A DNA stretch of 61,282 nucleotides from Catajapyx aquilonaris. Lineage: Eukaryota. Positions 35,407-48,326 of the stretch are shown piece by piece (positions within the stretch are counted from its first letter, which is position 1; each line of letters begins with the position of its first letter). Both the position numbers and the translations under genes were made by a program. The notes below the pieces were generated by a model. The model saw only the letters and a list, made by a program, of their open reading frames with translations, had not been told where the DNA came from and ran no database searches. The stretch is from positions 1 to 61,282 of the forward strand of contig KZ538566.1 of NCBI GenBank assembly GCA_000934665.2, written 5' to 3'.

Positions 35407-37662
35407 GTGAGTACACAGACCTGATTTTTGCCCGCAGAAAAGTACCCCCACTTATCATATTGAATTAGACAAGTGAACATCTCGACGACAATCTGACCAC
35501 CGTGATTGCCGGACGAACAACCTAGAATTTTCGGCCGGGATCCCAGCACCGCACATACAGAATGGAGTTGTAGTTGTATATGGGAGAGAGGGAAAAGTAA
35601 TATCGGGCTGGAGCATGGACTACCATGCGACAGTTGGGGGGGGACCCGCACGCAATCTTTCACTGATCACATAGTTTTATTCGATTGCATCGAAAGCGGC
35701 GCCTGGATTACAAGAGCACGTCAAGTGATGAGGGGAGAAAATCACGGCGATATTACTGCAATATAGAGTTGTCTGGGAGTTGCACGCAATGGTCCGGCCA
35801 CTACGGGGCGGGCCAGTCGGTGGGGACGCCACCGAGAGAGGACGCTCCAGCATGTAATTGACCTGCCGTTCAGAGGCGCTACCGGCCAAGTGAACAGTTG
35901 TGCATTATTTCAATCCAGTTTTGTGGAAAACACTGTACTTTTTGGGGTAACAGAACCGGGGCATTGGTGTTCACAAATGCGGAGACTGCAGAGGGAGTTG
36001 GTTATGCGGGTGCTTTTCCTGTTAGTTTCCCACGAAGTTGGCAACATGTTGCACGAGGCCAAAAGCGGATCTCTCTCGCTTTGGGGAGATGTAGGCCTGC
36101 TGTAATAATGTGGTGGTTACATGAGGCCAAGCCTCCAAGCCCTGTCTCGTTTGCCTGACTTATTTAATTGGGGGTCGAGGAAGATGTGTAGGGGAGGGGT
36201 TGGCAAAGCCCCGGATGAAATGGCGTTGCAGAGAGAAGGGTGGATACGGGCTTGGTTGATTCTGCGCTAACATTCTAGCGGCAGACCCCCCCCCCCCCCA
36301 CCCCAAGTAATGGCCAGATTCAATCCGATGCTTCATGCCTTCCCTGCAGTGTGTTTGTGCTTCATTTTGCACGTATTCTAGGAACTCGAATTACAGGGGT
36401 ATTACCGGAGAAATGATCAGAATTTGAGGACATTTAGGATTGATGACATTCCAGGCCGTGCGTCATATTCGAAGGCGGCGTTTTGAGAAACAAAAGGATG
36501 TGGCAATGCGACCGTGAGTAATTGCGCTGTAATGTTATCATATACCTGGCAGGGTGGATACATGCAGTTTCTCTTTGAACAATGCAATCTGAAAAACGAG
36601 TAGGAATGCAGATGGAGTGTAAAGCTTTTTGTCACGCTCCGGATGTTGAAAGCCAGGAACATCCAGGCTTTTAATTTGTATGATACAGTCCATGAAAAAA
36701 ATGACAATTAACGACCAGTGATGATGCTCGTGTAATTAACATCTCATTTCCTCCGGTTCAACCTCATAATCAGCACAGTTCATGTTGCGTAAAGTTGTAT
36801 CTTCATATTTCTCTCCCCCCTTTTTTTACAATGCGTAGGCAGCCCTGACAGGAGTGCCCAAGCCGAATTTTATGGCGGAAATATCATATTTTCTCAAGTT
36901 GATGAGGTGCAAGTCTTACATGGAGCCGAGAAAATTTTTCTCGAGAAGCGGAACATATTGCTGCTCAGTGCAAACGTTGAAAACGGGCCCCTTCTTCACC
37001 CCTGCTTGGAATAAAAATTAATGATGAGCCGTTTGCAAACTTTTTTTTTGTGCTAGCGATTTATTGGCCTCAGGGTGCTTCCATAATTAATTAATCTCTT
37101 CTGTAGAAGCGCACTTCCGATAGAGCACGTATTTATCTTTCCGAGCATCGGCGCCTGTATTCATAAGCTCTACATGAGATTAAGTCTGGTATTACGTTGA
37201 GAAGTTTAATGAATTTCTACATGCGTTGCGTTTGAATTTTGCCATGTAAACCTTTTTTTTGGGGGGGGGAGGGGGGAATATTACATTATGTATTTGCTCC
37301 TAGTGCGTGCATTTTGTGACCAGCCCCACCGGCAAATATGTCGGTTTAATATTTAATTTGTCAGTGCTCCGGCGGCGTTTCCAAATCCCAGCGATGTCAA
37401 TCTGGACGGGTTGAGTCCGGATTGCTCTACCTGATCGTATTCCACACGATTGACCTCATGGCCACGTCAGGTCGTAGCCCCTACTGCGCCGTTTCGGGGG
37501 CCGCAGGATTTGCATAGCAATGGTGGCGTTGTTACCGACATTTCAACGTGGATTTTTTATGCGGTCCTGTCCAGTTGGGGACCGTATTTTCACGCGGAAT
37601 TAGGATGACGGGCATTTTTTAAGGTCCTTTTTTGGTCGTATAGGTGCACACTATTCGGGGGG

Positions 37663-37884
37663 NNNNNNNNNNNNNNNNNNNNNNNNNNNNNNNNNNNNNN
37701 NNNNNNNNNNNNNNNNNNNNNNNNNNNNNNNNNNNNNNNNNNNNNNNNNNNNNNNNNNNNNNNNNNNNNNNNNNNNNNNNNNNNNNNNNNNNNNNNNNNN
37801 NNNNNNNNNNNNNNNNNNNNNNNNNNNNNNNNNNNNNNNNNNNNNNNNNNNNNNNNNNNNNNNNNNNNNNNNNNNNNNNNNNNN
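37663..37884. other. Assembly gap (222 N)
   Basis: Run of N. Confidence 1.
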
Positions 37885-40800
37885 ATTCAATCTCCATAAT
37901 CGAATGTCACGTGCGGGGATTGTAATTGCATACATACTGTGTATAGGGAGAACCGAATTTTTGGGAGGGAGGTTGGCACCCGGTTTGGAGGGACCCTCCA
38001 CTTTGCCAAAGAGGAAATTGAACGGGCATTTCGCACATTCTATTCTTTTTTTTTTTTGTCCGCCGTATGTGTAAGGGAGTCCCCGTTCGAACCGGTTCAG
38101 TGGGAATTTCTGCATTGTAAGAACCTCGAGGGGGCTTTTTATTTTTTTGTACTCCTTAATGATTGGCCGAGAAAAACCAGAACGAAACGAAGAATTTACT
38201 GGAGTAATAAACAGGGAGGCTTTGGTTCCTCTGAAAATGGAAGGAACAATTTTGATTTTCATTTCAAGCTCCTCTAGATCGGACTTAATCCACGTCGAGG
38301 AATCCTCCGCACATTGCCACCGATGACGCTAATTAATTGAAATACGAATTATCGCTGGGAGGTTTGGGACGATCCGGCATAAATTTTACAGCCCCAAAAT
38401 GGCCGAGTGTGGTGTCACTGGGGTCTCTGAGCGCGCAAAAACGAAAATGATTAATCCAGTGGCTAGGGCTGGCCTTGCAAAACCACGTCGGTAGTTATAA
38501 CCAAGCTCTGTTTCATACGCGAATTAGGTAGCTTTTTCATCCTGTCATGAAGGGGGGGCGGGATCGGCAAGAGTCGGTTGTATAGAGGGGGGGACCCAGG
38601 GTTGAGGTGGGGAGGAAAAGGGATGAGAGCCCTGGAAATTTGGTCGTAAAGAGGTTTACGAGGTCGGTCCTATCCTCATTTGGGAAGAGTTTCTGGGAAG
38701 GCTGGGTCCTCTTGGGCACCGAAAGGACCCCTGCATTTATTTTGCATCGGTTGCGTCCTCCTCCCCTCCGAAAGTCCTTGGAGGGGCCAAACACTAACCA
38801 ATCCCAAGCTCCATTTCGCTTTGGAGACCCTTCTTTTATTGTTGCAGGCGACGTTTTATGACGCGACTAATGGGAGGTGGGGGTGGGCTTTGGGCTGGTC
38901 GGAGTTGCATGTAAGTTTGGTCGCCAAGATAGCATGCTTCATTCTAATTTTAATGAATTGAATACTGCCCAACGGCATACCGGGTTTTCCATTTCTCACG
39001 GGACATAGTAACATCCAGATATACGGGGGAGGGAGAGGAGGAGGGGGAGGGAGGAAAAAATAGTTCATTTGTCAACACGATTACGATCGAGGTATATAAA
39101 CAGGCAAAAAGTGTTATTAAGTCCGGGAGCATGCGATGGATGGAGATATCGGTGCCAGACCTGTAATTACGACAACCTGATTGGGTAAAGAATTGGTCAG
39201 GCCGCAGTTATCCGAATTATTTTGGGGGTCAATTACGCCCACCCACTTCCGCCCCGTTGCATATATTAACGAGGGAAGAGTTATGGCGGAAAAGTCTGGA
39301 AAAAATGTGCGCGAATTACACCTGTCCACCTATAAGATTAATATGTTGTTTTTTCGTTTCCGTTCTCTATTGTCTGAATTTCCAGCGACGGATCCGGGGG
39401 ATTAGGGAAGTCAGGTGCTGAAAATAGGGTTTACAACTAATAGAGCACCAGCTGGATGTACAGTACTGTGTGTAGCTGTTGTTAGCTGCAACATAACGGC
39501 AATATTTTATATGACATTGTGTTGGGGATTAACATTACAAAACTTTTTGGCACATCCTGTCGTTGTTTTTTTTTTATTCTTCTTCTTGGCAGCAATAGGT
39601 TTGTGAGGGCTATAGCAGCAGCAAGGCATTGGATCGGCTGTAGTTGCTTGTCCGCGTGGCACACGTCGCTTCCATTTCCGGCGCCGTCTTTTACCTTGAT
39701 GCCTCTAGTGTTCCGGAGGAAAAGCGCCGGACACGATGTAGGCGGAACGGATGGGATTATTTTATTCAGCACAAAGGGATGTCTTCAGCGCACCGTATAC
39801 GTTTCCCGCTTTTACAGTCCAGGCGACACCGCTTTCTTTCTATACCCTCGCTACGGAAACGATATACCCCAACCAGCAGCACTAGAATTTACACCACAAT
39901 GCCCGGCTCCTTGTAGCACGCAATACTTCCACAAGTGATGAACTTATTCGAAGAATCGGGGTGGCCTTTTTAAGGTGGCACAATGCGACAGTTTGTCGTG
40001 TCCAACAATATACCAGTGACGTGTGCTCGCACGCCCTTGGGGGTGTAATTGCGCGGGGAGTAATGAGAAGTACAGGAATCCTCCATCATTTCCTGAGGCC
40101 GAAAGGGCTGGGGGCTTTTATTGTATTACTCCTCCACTTTGACGCATCCGCCAGTTGGGCCTCATTTTCATGTAGGCCTATCCGGATAATTGGACGAGCA
40201 TTCAGAAGTCGGCGTTAACGAGGAAACTTGAGATGCGCCAAGGACGTATTTGTTACAACGAGTACAGTGCAAGGTAGAGTGCGTTTGCACCATGTACTAC
40301 GTATATATACTGAAATGATGGTGTGTATTTTTGCAGGCGTAGGAGTGTATATGAAGCAACCGAGTGATTTATCGACCTCACCTTCGGAATGAATCGCTTT
40401 GAAAACCAAGGTTTTTTGGCCGGATCTTTGCAACTTTCCCACCAACAAAGACAAAAGCCATTGGATTTCGTTGCGCATCAAGGGCGGCAGCAGTTTCCAA
40501 TCAAAGAACTGAGAAAACCTTTTAACGAATTACCGAGTGATGACAGGCGTGGATTTGTGTGGGAACTAGGAGAGCTGCAATTTTAAATGCTCTACTCAGC
40601 CCTGTTTTAAAAAACAAATCTGACCGTTCGCTCTGAAATGCGACAGTGAGGTTCTGGCGGGATTCAAACCACTGCATGTGGCTGGACTTGGGTTAGAATT
40701 TTTGTCAGTCCTGGTCGTCAATGCATCACGCAGATATAAACATGGGCTGAAGTTACGTGTTGTTATGCAAATCATCGTAGGCAGTGTTTTCCAGAGATAC

Positions 40801-41536
40801 GGAATTAAGTAAGACCACAGTACGTTTTGCATATTGTAACTATCCGCATGGGCATCGAAGCTATTATTTACTAGGATCAGCTAGGATGTCGAATCAACTT
40901 CTGTTTCATATTATCCAGTATGTATTGTTCACGTGTATGCGGTTGAGGGATTGACTACATGATAGGAATGGTGCATCGTCTGCGCGTATTATTACCTGTT
41001 GACGGACTTGTGTTCGGCGACATAGATACACGTGTACTCTGCTTTGATGTGCTATTAATCAGTTTGTATATTGGCTGGGGGGTATCTAGAGTAAATGTGG
41101 TTTTTAAAGGCTTATTTCAGCTTTGAATTAGAAATCCCATAATTTATTAATCTCGTAATGCTCTGGAGTTTGACAGGAGCTTTAGCTCTAATCCGTGCAT
41201 TTGCGGGAATTGACTGTAAATATACACGAAGGGCATTACAGGCAGTTGCTGTCCGTCGAAACACTTACGCATCGTACACAGAGCCTGGAAATGTACAGGG
41301 TGTTCCAAATATTTTGACATATCGATGAAACTGTCAGAAGTATATAGTACTGTTGCATTGAAATATTAATGTTAACGTGTTTTGATTGAAATGATACAGC
41401 AGCACAGTTGTGACAAAGACGTGGCCGTAGCAGGTTTGGCGGGAGAACGAAGCTGCGCAGAGACCTTTCGGCGCATCACCCCATTGCACCAAAATCGTCA
41501 TGGGAGGAGGGATGTTCACCCCTACAGTTCCCCTTT

Positions 41537-41579
41537 TCCTCCTCCTCCTCCTCCTCCTCACAACCTCCCCCCCCCCCCC
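41537..41579. repeat. (CCT)n microsatellite followed by a poly-C tract
   Basis: cctcctcctcctcctcctcc followed by a long C run. Confidence 0.8.
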
Positions 41580-44500
41580 ACTCCTGCTCCACAAATTCAC
41601 GGAAACCTCGTAGTAAGCGTGTCAGGTGGGGCAGAAAGAAGTGAATCCTGGGTGCACTTATTCACACTGGAAGAGGACATGTGTGAATCGAGAGGGCCTG
41701 CAGGGGAAACCTGGTTTTATTTTATTTTTTTATTCCGGTTCCTCCCCCTCTCCTCCACCCCCCCCTTTTTTTTGTTACTCTTCCGTTACTCTCCCCGGAA
41801 AAGCGCTCAACGCAATCCCTGCATTCCAGGCTGAAAATTCTCATCGATCTGTTTCTCTTGCGTCACTGGCGTCGTTGCCCCGGCAACCATCTCATCCACT
41901 CCAATGGACCGCCCTCCCAGCGTACGCTTGGGTTTACAATGCAGAGAGTACAACCTGCGGCTGGAAAACGGGTTGTGAGGGAGAGGGGAGGGATGGGAGG
42001 GAGTAGGGCCATGGTTGGGGGGGTGTTTTTGGGTGTGAAAAAAAGTGGCAATGGGTGCGGCTGGAAGTGTGTTTTTGTCGGCTGAGGAAATACAGGTCTA
42101 TTTTAATTAATGGAATTTACCGAGTGTATCGAAAAAACTGGAGCATTTGTATTGTATTTTAAAAATAAAATTAATACCAATAGGATAGGTTGCCACTTGA
42201 TGACCTCCGTGATGATGGATTGTAAGTGGGAGGAAGCAGGGGACACCCCCCAACAAAACACACGCTAACACGGATAGAACCCATAGAAACTTATTTCTAT
42301 GTGGGAAATGAAATCCCGCTCGCGGTACGGGGACTGACCTCACAGTGGTGGTACGGGATGGGCTAAACTACTACACGGCCGTGGGACCGCCCTTTGATTA
42401 ACGAAAATGCAGCTTCAAGTTCTTCCTGCATGAAGATGGATATCCTGGAAATTAGGCAGCCCGTAGAAAGTTGGCAATCTGCCGTGCACTTACGAGTTAG
42501 TGCAGTTTGCAAGCAACAAAATGGCTGTAGTAGCTCCTATGGGAGGTGGAACTTGACGCGAGCAATAATAAATTACAAGGGCCTATTGCTTCAAAGTAAA
42601 GGGGGTCAATAGGCTGCCCTTGTGAGTGAGTTCGGTAACTGCGCGATTTATATCGTATGATGCCATCCCCGTAACACCGGCTCTGAAATATCGCAGTCTT
42701 TTCCGATCAATACGGTTGTTTACTATCTGCGCAAATGCGGATATTAGAGCGTTTGGTGGCTTTATTGTTTGGGATGTCTTCATTCAGGATATTTGTTGGG
42801 AGGAGAATCGGCGAATTAGTTTGTATTTGCCGACTTTATAATAAATGGACTGCAAACACATTTTGTCGTACTACGAGCCTGAGAATTATATGTGTGATCC
42901 TAACTCCAGGCGTATTTATATATATGATTACACGCCCACACTGAATGGACTTCTCAGTACAGTGCAGGTAAGAATGGAAAAGGGAAGTATAGGGTGCTAG
43001 TGTGACGAGAGGAACTAAAAATAAAGCATATCGTACAGTATTAGCGTCTACAGTGCAAGGGCATTCCTAGACGGCTCGCTCGATAAATTCCCTGGGCGGC
43101 CTCCCCATGTATGCATAGTGCATGACATACTATGCACCACATTAGAGGAGGCGCTGTATTTAGCCCTTACCTGTCCGATTCAATTACGGCGATATGTAAC
43201 AGATGACTGGCGAACTTCTGGGAAGTGGGTTCCCCCAGGAGGTATTTTTTGGGGGGTGGGGTGGGGTGGGGATCTTGATTGAAAGGTCGCGTGGGGTGCG
43301 TGGTGGGACGGAATGAGTATGGTGTACGTAGTGTGGATATATGGGATCAGGGGGTGCACAAACTAGGCCTTCCCTTTTACAGGCACCCCCGAGGGGCCAA
43401 CCCCTAGGGATCTCCGGCATCCTTTTCCTCCCCATCCACCCCCTCCTTTCCCCAGCCTTTTTGCGCCATTTCTTTCCGGACCCGTTTTTCAAGACGCAGC
43501 TCGTGTGACGGGTCCTTTCCTCTCCTCTTCCCCCAGAAGGAAACTTTCATTTCCTAGGATTCCGGTACCCTCGTCAACTTGTTATACACTTAAGGCCTTT
43601 TAACTTCTGAGCAATCGCGCTGATTGAAATTGCAGCTTTTTTTTCCCCCGTTCTTGAAATGGGGGTAATTGCGGACGCATGCGCAGGTTAATTGCCCCTG
43701 CAGCGTACCTTTCAAGGAAATTGACTCTGTGATGTGACGTCGATGTACGCGTTGTTTGTCCCCACGCCCGTCAACTGCCAGCCCATCCACTTCTGCAATG
43801 CGGAGGAAAATTGTCCGCCTTGCCAACCTACTACTCCGGGGCCCCCAGAAATTATTCTGGGAGTTGGGAGGGACGGGGTGAGGGGGGTGGAGGGAGACCA
43901 AAAAGCACGCCTTTTCCGTCAACCGCCGATCATTAGGCCCTCAGAATCCTTCCTGCAAGATTTAGGAGAAAATTAGTGCCTATCCCTTTCTCTTCTTCTT
44001 CTCCTTCCAAATACGACGTACCACCAATCCACATCACCCCTCGGCATTATGGATCTAGCGAGGGTGGAAGCCACGACCGCATTCCTTTGGCACTTTGAGA
44101 TGAAAGAGCTACTTGCCAACTTCCATCTTTATACGTTCGTGGAATTTCACTTTGCCTCGTCCGCAAGTTTCACTGCTGCTCCCAAGTGCTGTTGCGGATC
44201 CTTAGTTGGTTTCTATCACGAGGGTGCAGTTCCGGGATTGTACTTGCAGTTCACCAGGAGTCGGAGCAACAGAGCGAGATGGGTACAGGTGACAATGTGT
44301 AGGAGCCTCTTTATTATGTAGGTGACAAACGAACACTTCATATTCTGGGAATGGGCGAATGGGCACACACATACATACTGCACATACAAGAAAATTGCTG
44401 AGACATGAATGCGCATAAATAAATAAGTGGATTGCACACTAACGTATAGGAGTCATGCTGATGGAGTCTGAAAAATGTTGGGCTTGTCATTGGACGCGTT

Positions 44501-47500
44501 TTATTTTCAGGCGCCAGACGCATCACATACATCATTTTCGAGTTCACTTCTTGTGTCACATGGCATAGTGACCTCACTGTGTAATGTAACTCACTGAAAC
44601 GAGTAAACACATTTGAATGCGTATTTGTGCCAGGACTGTTGTGTCTCTGGCGTATGAACTTGACAGGTTTTTTTAGTGGGTAGGATAACGCAATATTTTA
44701 TGTGTACTGTGTACATGCACTCGCCTACTTGAAAATGTGCCTTAATGATGGCGACGCAAAATTTTCAAATTTGGATGAACTATAACGCGACATACGGGAT
44801 CGACAGGTGAACTTTTTGAAAAATCATGAACGATGTCCGCCATATAGCCTGAGGGAGGACGGAAACATTACTGGGAACGGAACAGGCTACAGTGCGTAAT
44901 GAAGCGAATATGATTTGAAGAAGCCACGGTTCACAAAAACCGGGCCCATTTGCTGATATGCGGCTTATTCAATAATTCCCAGATCCCCTGTAGTGAGCAA
45001 ATCAAATTTTGAGTGAAGTAGATCAGGCGTTCATCGCTTAAACAAGTTACTTGGATAAGAAATTCCTATCAATCAGTTGACACCATAATGCCAGCAACAA
45101 TGCCAGCGTACGATTTGGCGGGACACTGGTTATCCCAGCTGGGCGCCATATTTGGGGAGATGGCCGCCATTTTGGTTGGGTGGCGAAAGGAAAGATTTCA
45201 TTGCGTTTGGGGAAGTTTGGACCCGGAGTATGTGTGCCGGGTGCAGTGATGAGAGAGGAATCCTGAAACATGGCCGGGATTTGGGGAGGGCGCCAGCAGC
45301 CCTTTGGTGGATGGCGGGGATGGGAGGTGGGGGGGAAGGAGGGGGGGGGGACGTCGAAAGATGAGGCCCAAAAGGGGGAGGGAGAGGGAGGGAGAGCAAG
45401 ATTGAGAAGGCGGAGGAGCTTACCCGGATTGGGCTACCGGATTTTCGGGGCCTTGTTCAGGGAGGCTCGGCTTTCTGCGCCGGAGAACTAAGACCGTTGT
45501 TGTCTCCTGTAGTTCATTTCAAGGCGCCTGTACTGGAACTATTTTTTTTTTTGTTCAGGGGACAGAGTGTCACCTGGTTGGTAGATATGTGGGAATAATT
45601 TTTTTTCCCCGGGAAGGCGCAAAGTTAGGTACGATCCTTTCTTAGGTGTGTTGTCTAAGTGCGCGGCAGGAAGTTCTTATCTCTCCAGAGCACAGAGATT
45701 GCCCTTGTTAGACTCCGTCCGCTGCCGTGAAATTTAATGTGAATGAAGCAGATAAAGTGCAGCATGCAAACAAAAGGGGGGGGGGGGGGTTCCATCTAGG
45801 CGAAATGGCTAGATCTAGGAATTGGAACGTGCGTCCTAGGGGCCTCGTGCGTATGCAGATTTTTGGCGAATTACGAAACAGGTAGTGGTAATTGCACCAT
45901 AAATGCCCGGTGATGATGCACAATGGGAAGGCGGGTGCGATTGGGGCAATCGGAGAGTGCGAGGGTGGCAGGGTCTATTTCCGCTTCGATCCCGGCCAGG
46001 AGTGGCCTAGTCCATCCCATGGAATTACTATGACCATCACGATCCCATAAGCGTCACATAATGTAAGGAGAAAAGGGGCAGCCCCCACTGTTCCCAACTC
46101 CACTACACGCTGGCAGGATGGCCTTCCTTACAAGCCTCTCCTCGGTTCTAATTTGTGTCTTCTACCTAAATCCCCTCTAGTTCACTATTTCAAGACCACA
46201 CTCTTTGGAATGTTCTTTTTGGTCTATCCGCCCTCTAAATCGCCTTTTTATGGGGAGTTGGAAACTAACGCTTTTGCCGGAAATAGATAATGAACATGTT
46301 AACCGTTGCTGCCGAATATGCGTTATAATTGGGAGGTAAATGCTTGTGTTGATCTATTTTCTGATTTGAGATTGTGCCAACTGCCGAGTAGGGTGTCAAT
46401 ATATTTTAATTAGTAATACCGCGGTTGTTAGTTGTGGACAATTGCGTTTTAAAAATGAAGACACCAATTTAAACAAAGGCGCGATAAAATGATTAACAGG
46501 GTTGAGTTGCTGATATACACACCTATATTGTTCTGTACGGTTGGTTCCACCTGAACCCTGCTGACACCGTAAAACTTATCCTTGATCAGGAAGGTTTAAT
46601 TACAATTGCGCTATCATGTCTTTGAAACCAAAATGTACCATATCGCTTCTTAATGCGAGTGGACATGACGTTAAATTACAATGCACATTGCTTTCACCGC
46701 ACAGCAGACCCCACATCGAGTCGGACTTACCTGTCACAGTTTTTTTTCCACGATTTTTATTTTGCTGGCGCTTCAGTTATTTTTTTATGTGAAGAGCCAG
46801 CAATAATGCTTGGAGCTCCAGCGTACAGTGAAATGAATGAAAGCAGGAGACCACACGCACATCCCCATACACCTGCAGTGTACACAGTTTTTACCGTCCG
46901 AGCGCGGGACTTATTCATGCCCACTGACGTGATCCTAATAGGAAGCTAATAGGCCGCTCTAATAGATGTCTCTCAACCTTTGCGAGAATCCCTCTGAAAA
47001 GCCGCTCACTGTAGACCAGATGTCAATGGGACGTCTGTAACGCTGTCGAAAACCTCTGGCTGCAGGTACAGTGCACCCAAATGACTCCTGAATTCAAAAT
47101 GAACCGGTGTTTTATGCCCATGTCGTTTTTGTGTGCGAAAATGTGTGTGCATGTGTGTGTGTGTCTAACTACCGCTGCTTTATTTACTCCCGCGGTTAAG
47201 CGTGCGTGCTTGACTCAGGCAGCCATGTCGGAGAGCTGTTTTAATTTCATGGCGAAAGCGAATAAAGCGGATGCAGGCAGCTGCAAAGTTAGGTGGGGTG
47301 TACAGAGAGGGGCTGAGGTGGAAGTATGGAGTATTATAAGGAGCTGGGTTGGAAAAGGTGCGCACATGACGTCGAGGTCAATTTAACATTTGAAGAGTTG
47401 AAGGCAGTAGGGCATCTCTAGTTTGATTAATGTGGCGTCCTCGTACAGTGTTTGAACAGTGTTCGCAACTTTATAAGCTACACTGTATGCCTGCGAAGTT

Positions 47501-48296
47501 TATATTTGCTTGTGCAGGTAGATATTCAGTGTCCTTGTGCTCTGCAAAATCAGGACATGAAGTTGTTTGTCATGTTCTGGTGAATGTAATAATAAATAAA
47601 GGTGAGCACTATTCAGGTGGCTATTGAAGTCCTCGTTGCTTGAATAACCCCTTTTGAGTGTCGCTGGAGAGAACTACCCTAGAACGGACACTAGCATAAA
47701 GTAGTGCTGATGATGTGGTGACATGTTTGTTTCCTGTTTTTCTGGAAGGTGAGAAGCGCGCACAATGTAAAATTAATGTTGCGCCAAACTTAAAATAGAG
47801 ATGCGGATGTTGCCTGTTTTTGGTCTCGCTGTTGACAGCTTACCAAGGGCACTAGGCTCAGTTTCCATATGAAAGTTGTCCTTTACAGACATTATTTATT
47901 GTGGAGAGCTCATAGTGTGCGGATCATTTACAGTTATTACTTATTAGTATAGTCTTGGCAAAATGAAAATTTAACCCAGAAGACGTTATTCGCCACATCC
48001 TCTTTCTGTGCAGTTGTGCCCCCTGCCTCTCATAAGGAGCTCCGCAATAGTATGCCTCTGAATACTAGTGGTCATCGCCTCGAACTGGGCGTAATTTAGT
48101 GTGTGTTACCCTGGCATGCTTCCACATGCTGCGGAATAAAACCCGTGGAGCTTGATTGCGACATTCTCGCCACTTGCTTTTTACGAGTGTCTGTGGGCAG
48201 CAGGGCTAGGTGCTGGCTACATCAGGGTGAAAGGAACCGAAGCTGTTGCAACAACGTTGTTTTGGGGCTACATGGTGGGCTGCTTCGAATCATTTT

Positions 48297-48326
48297 TTCT
48301 TCTTCTTCTTCTTCTTCTACTTCTTC
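48297..48326. repeat. (TCT)n microsatellite
   Basis: Tandem TTC/TCT units. Confidence 0.8.

Noticed and set aside
37619..38262. ORFs spanning X runs
   Set aside because: Artefacts of reading through the N gap.
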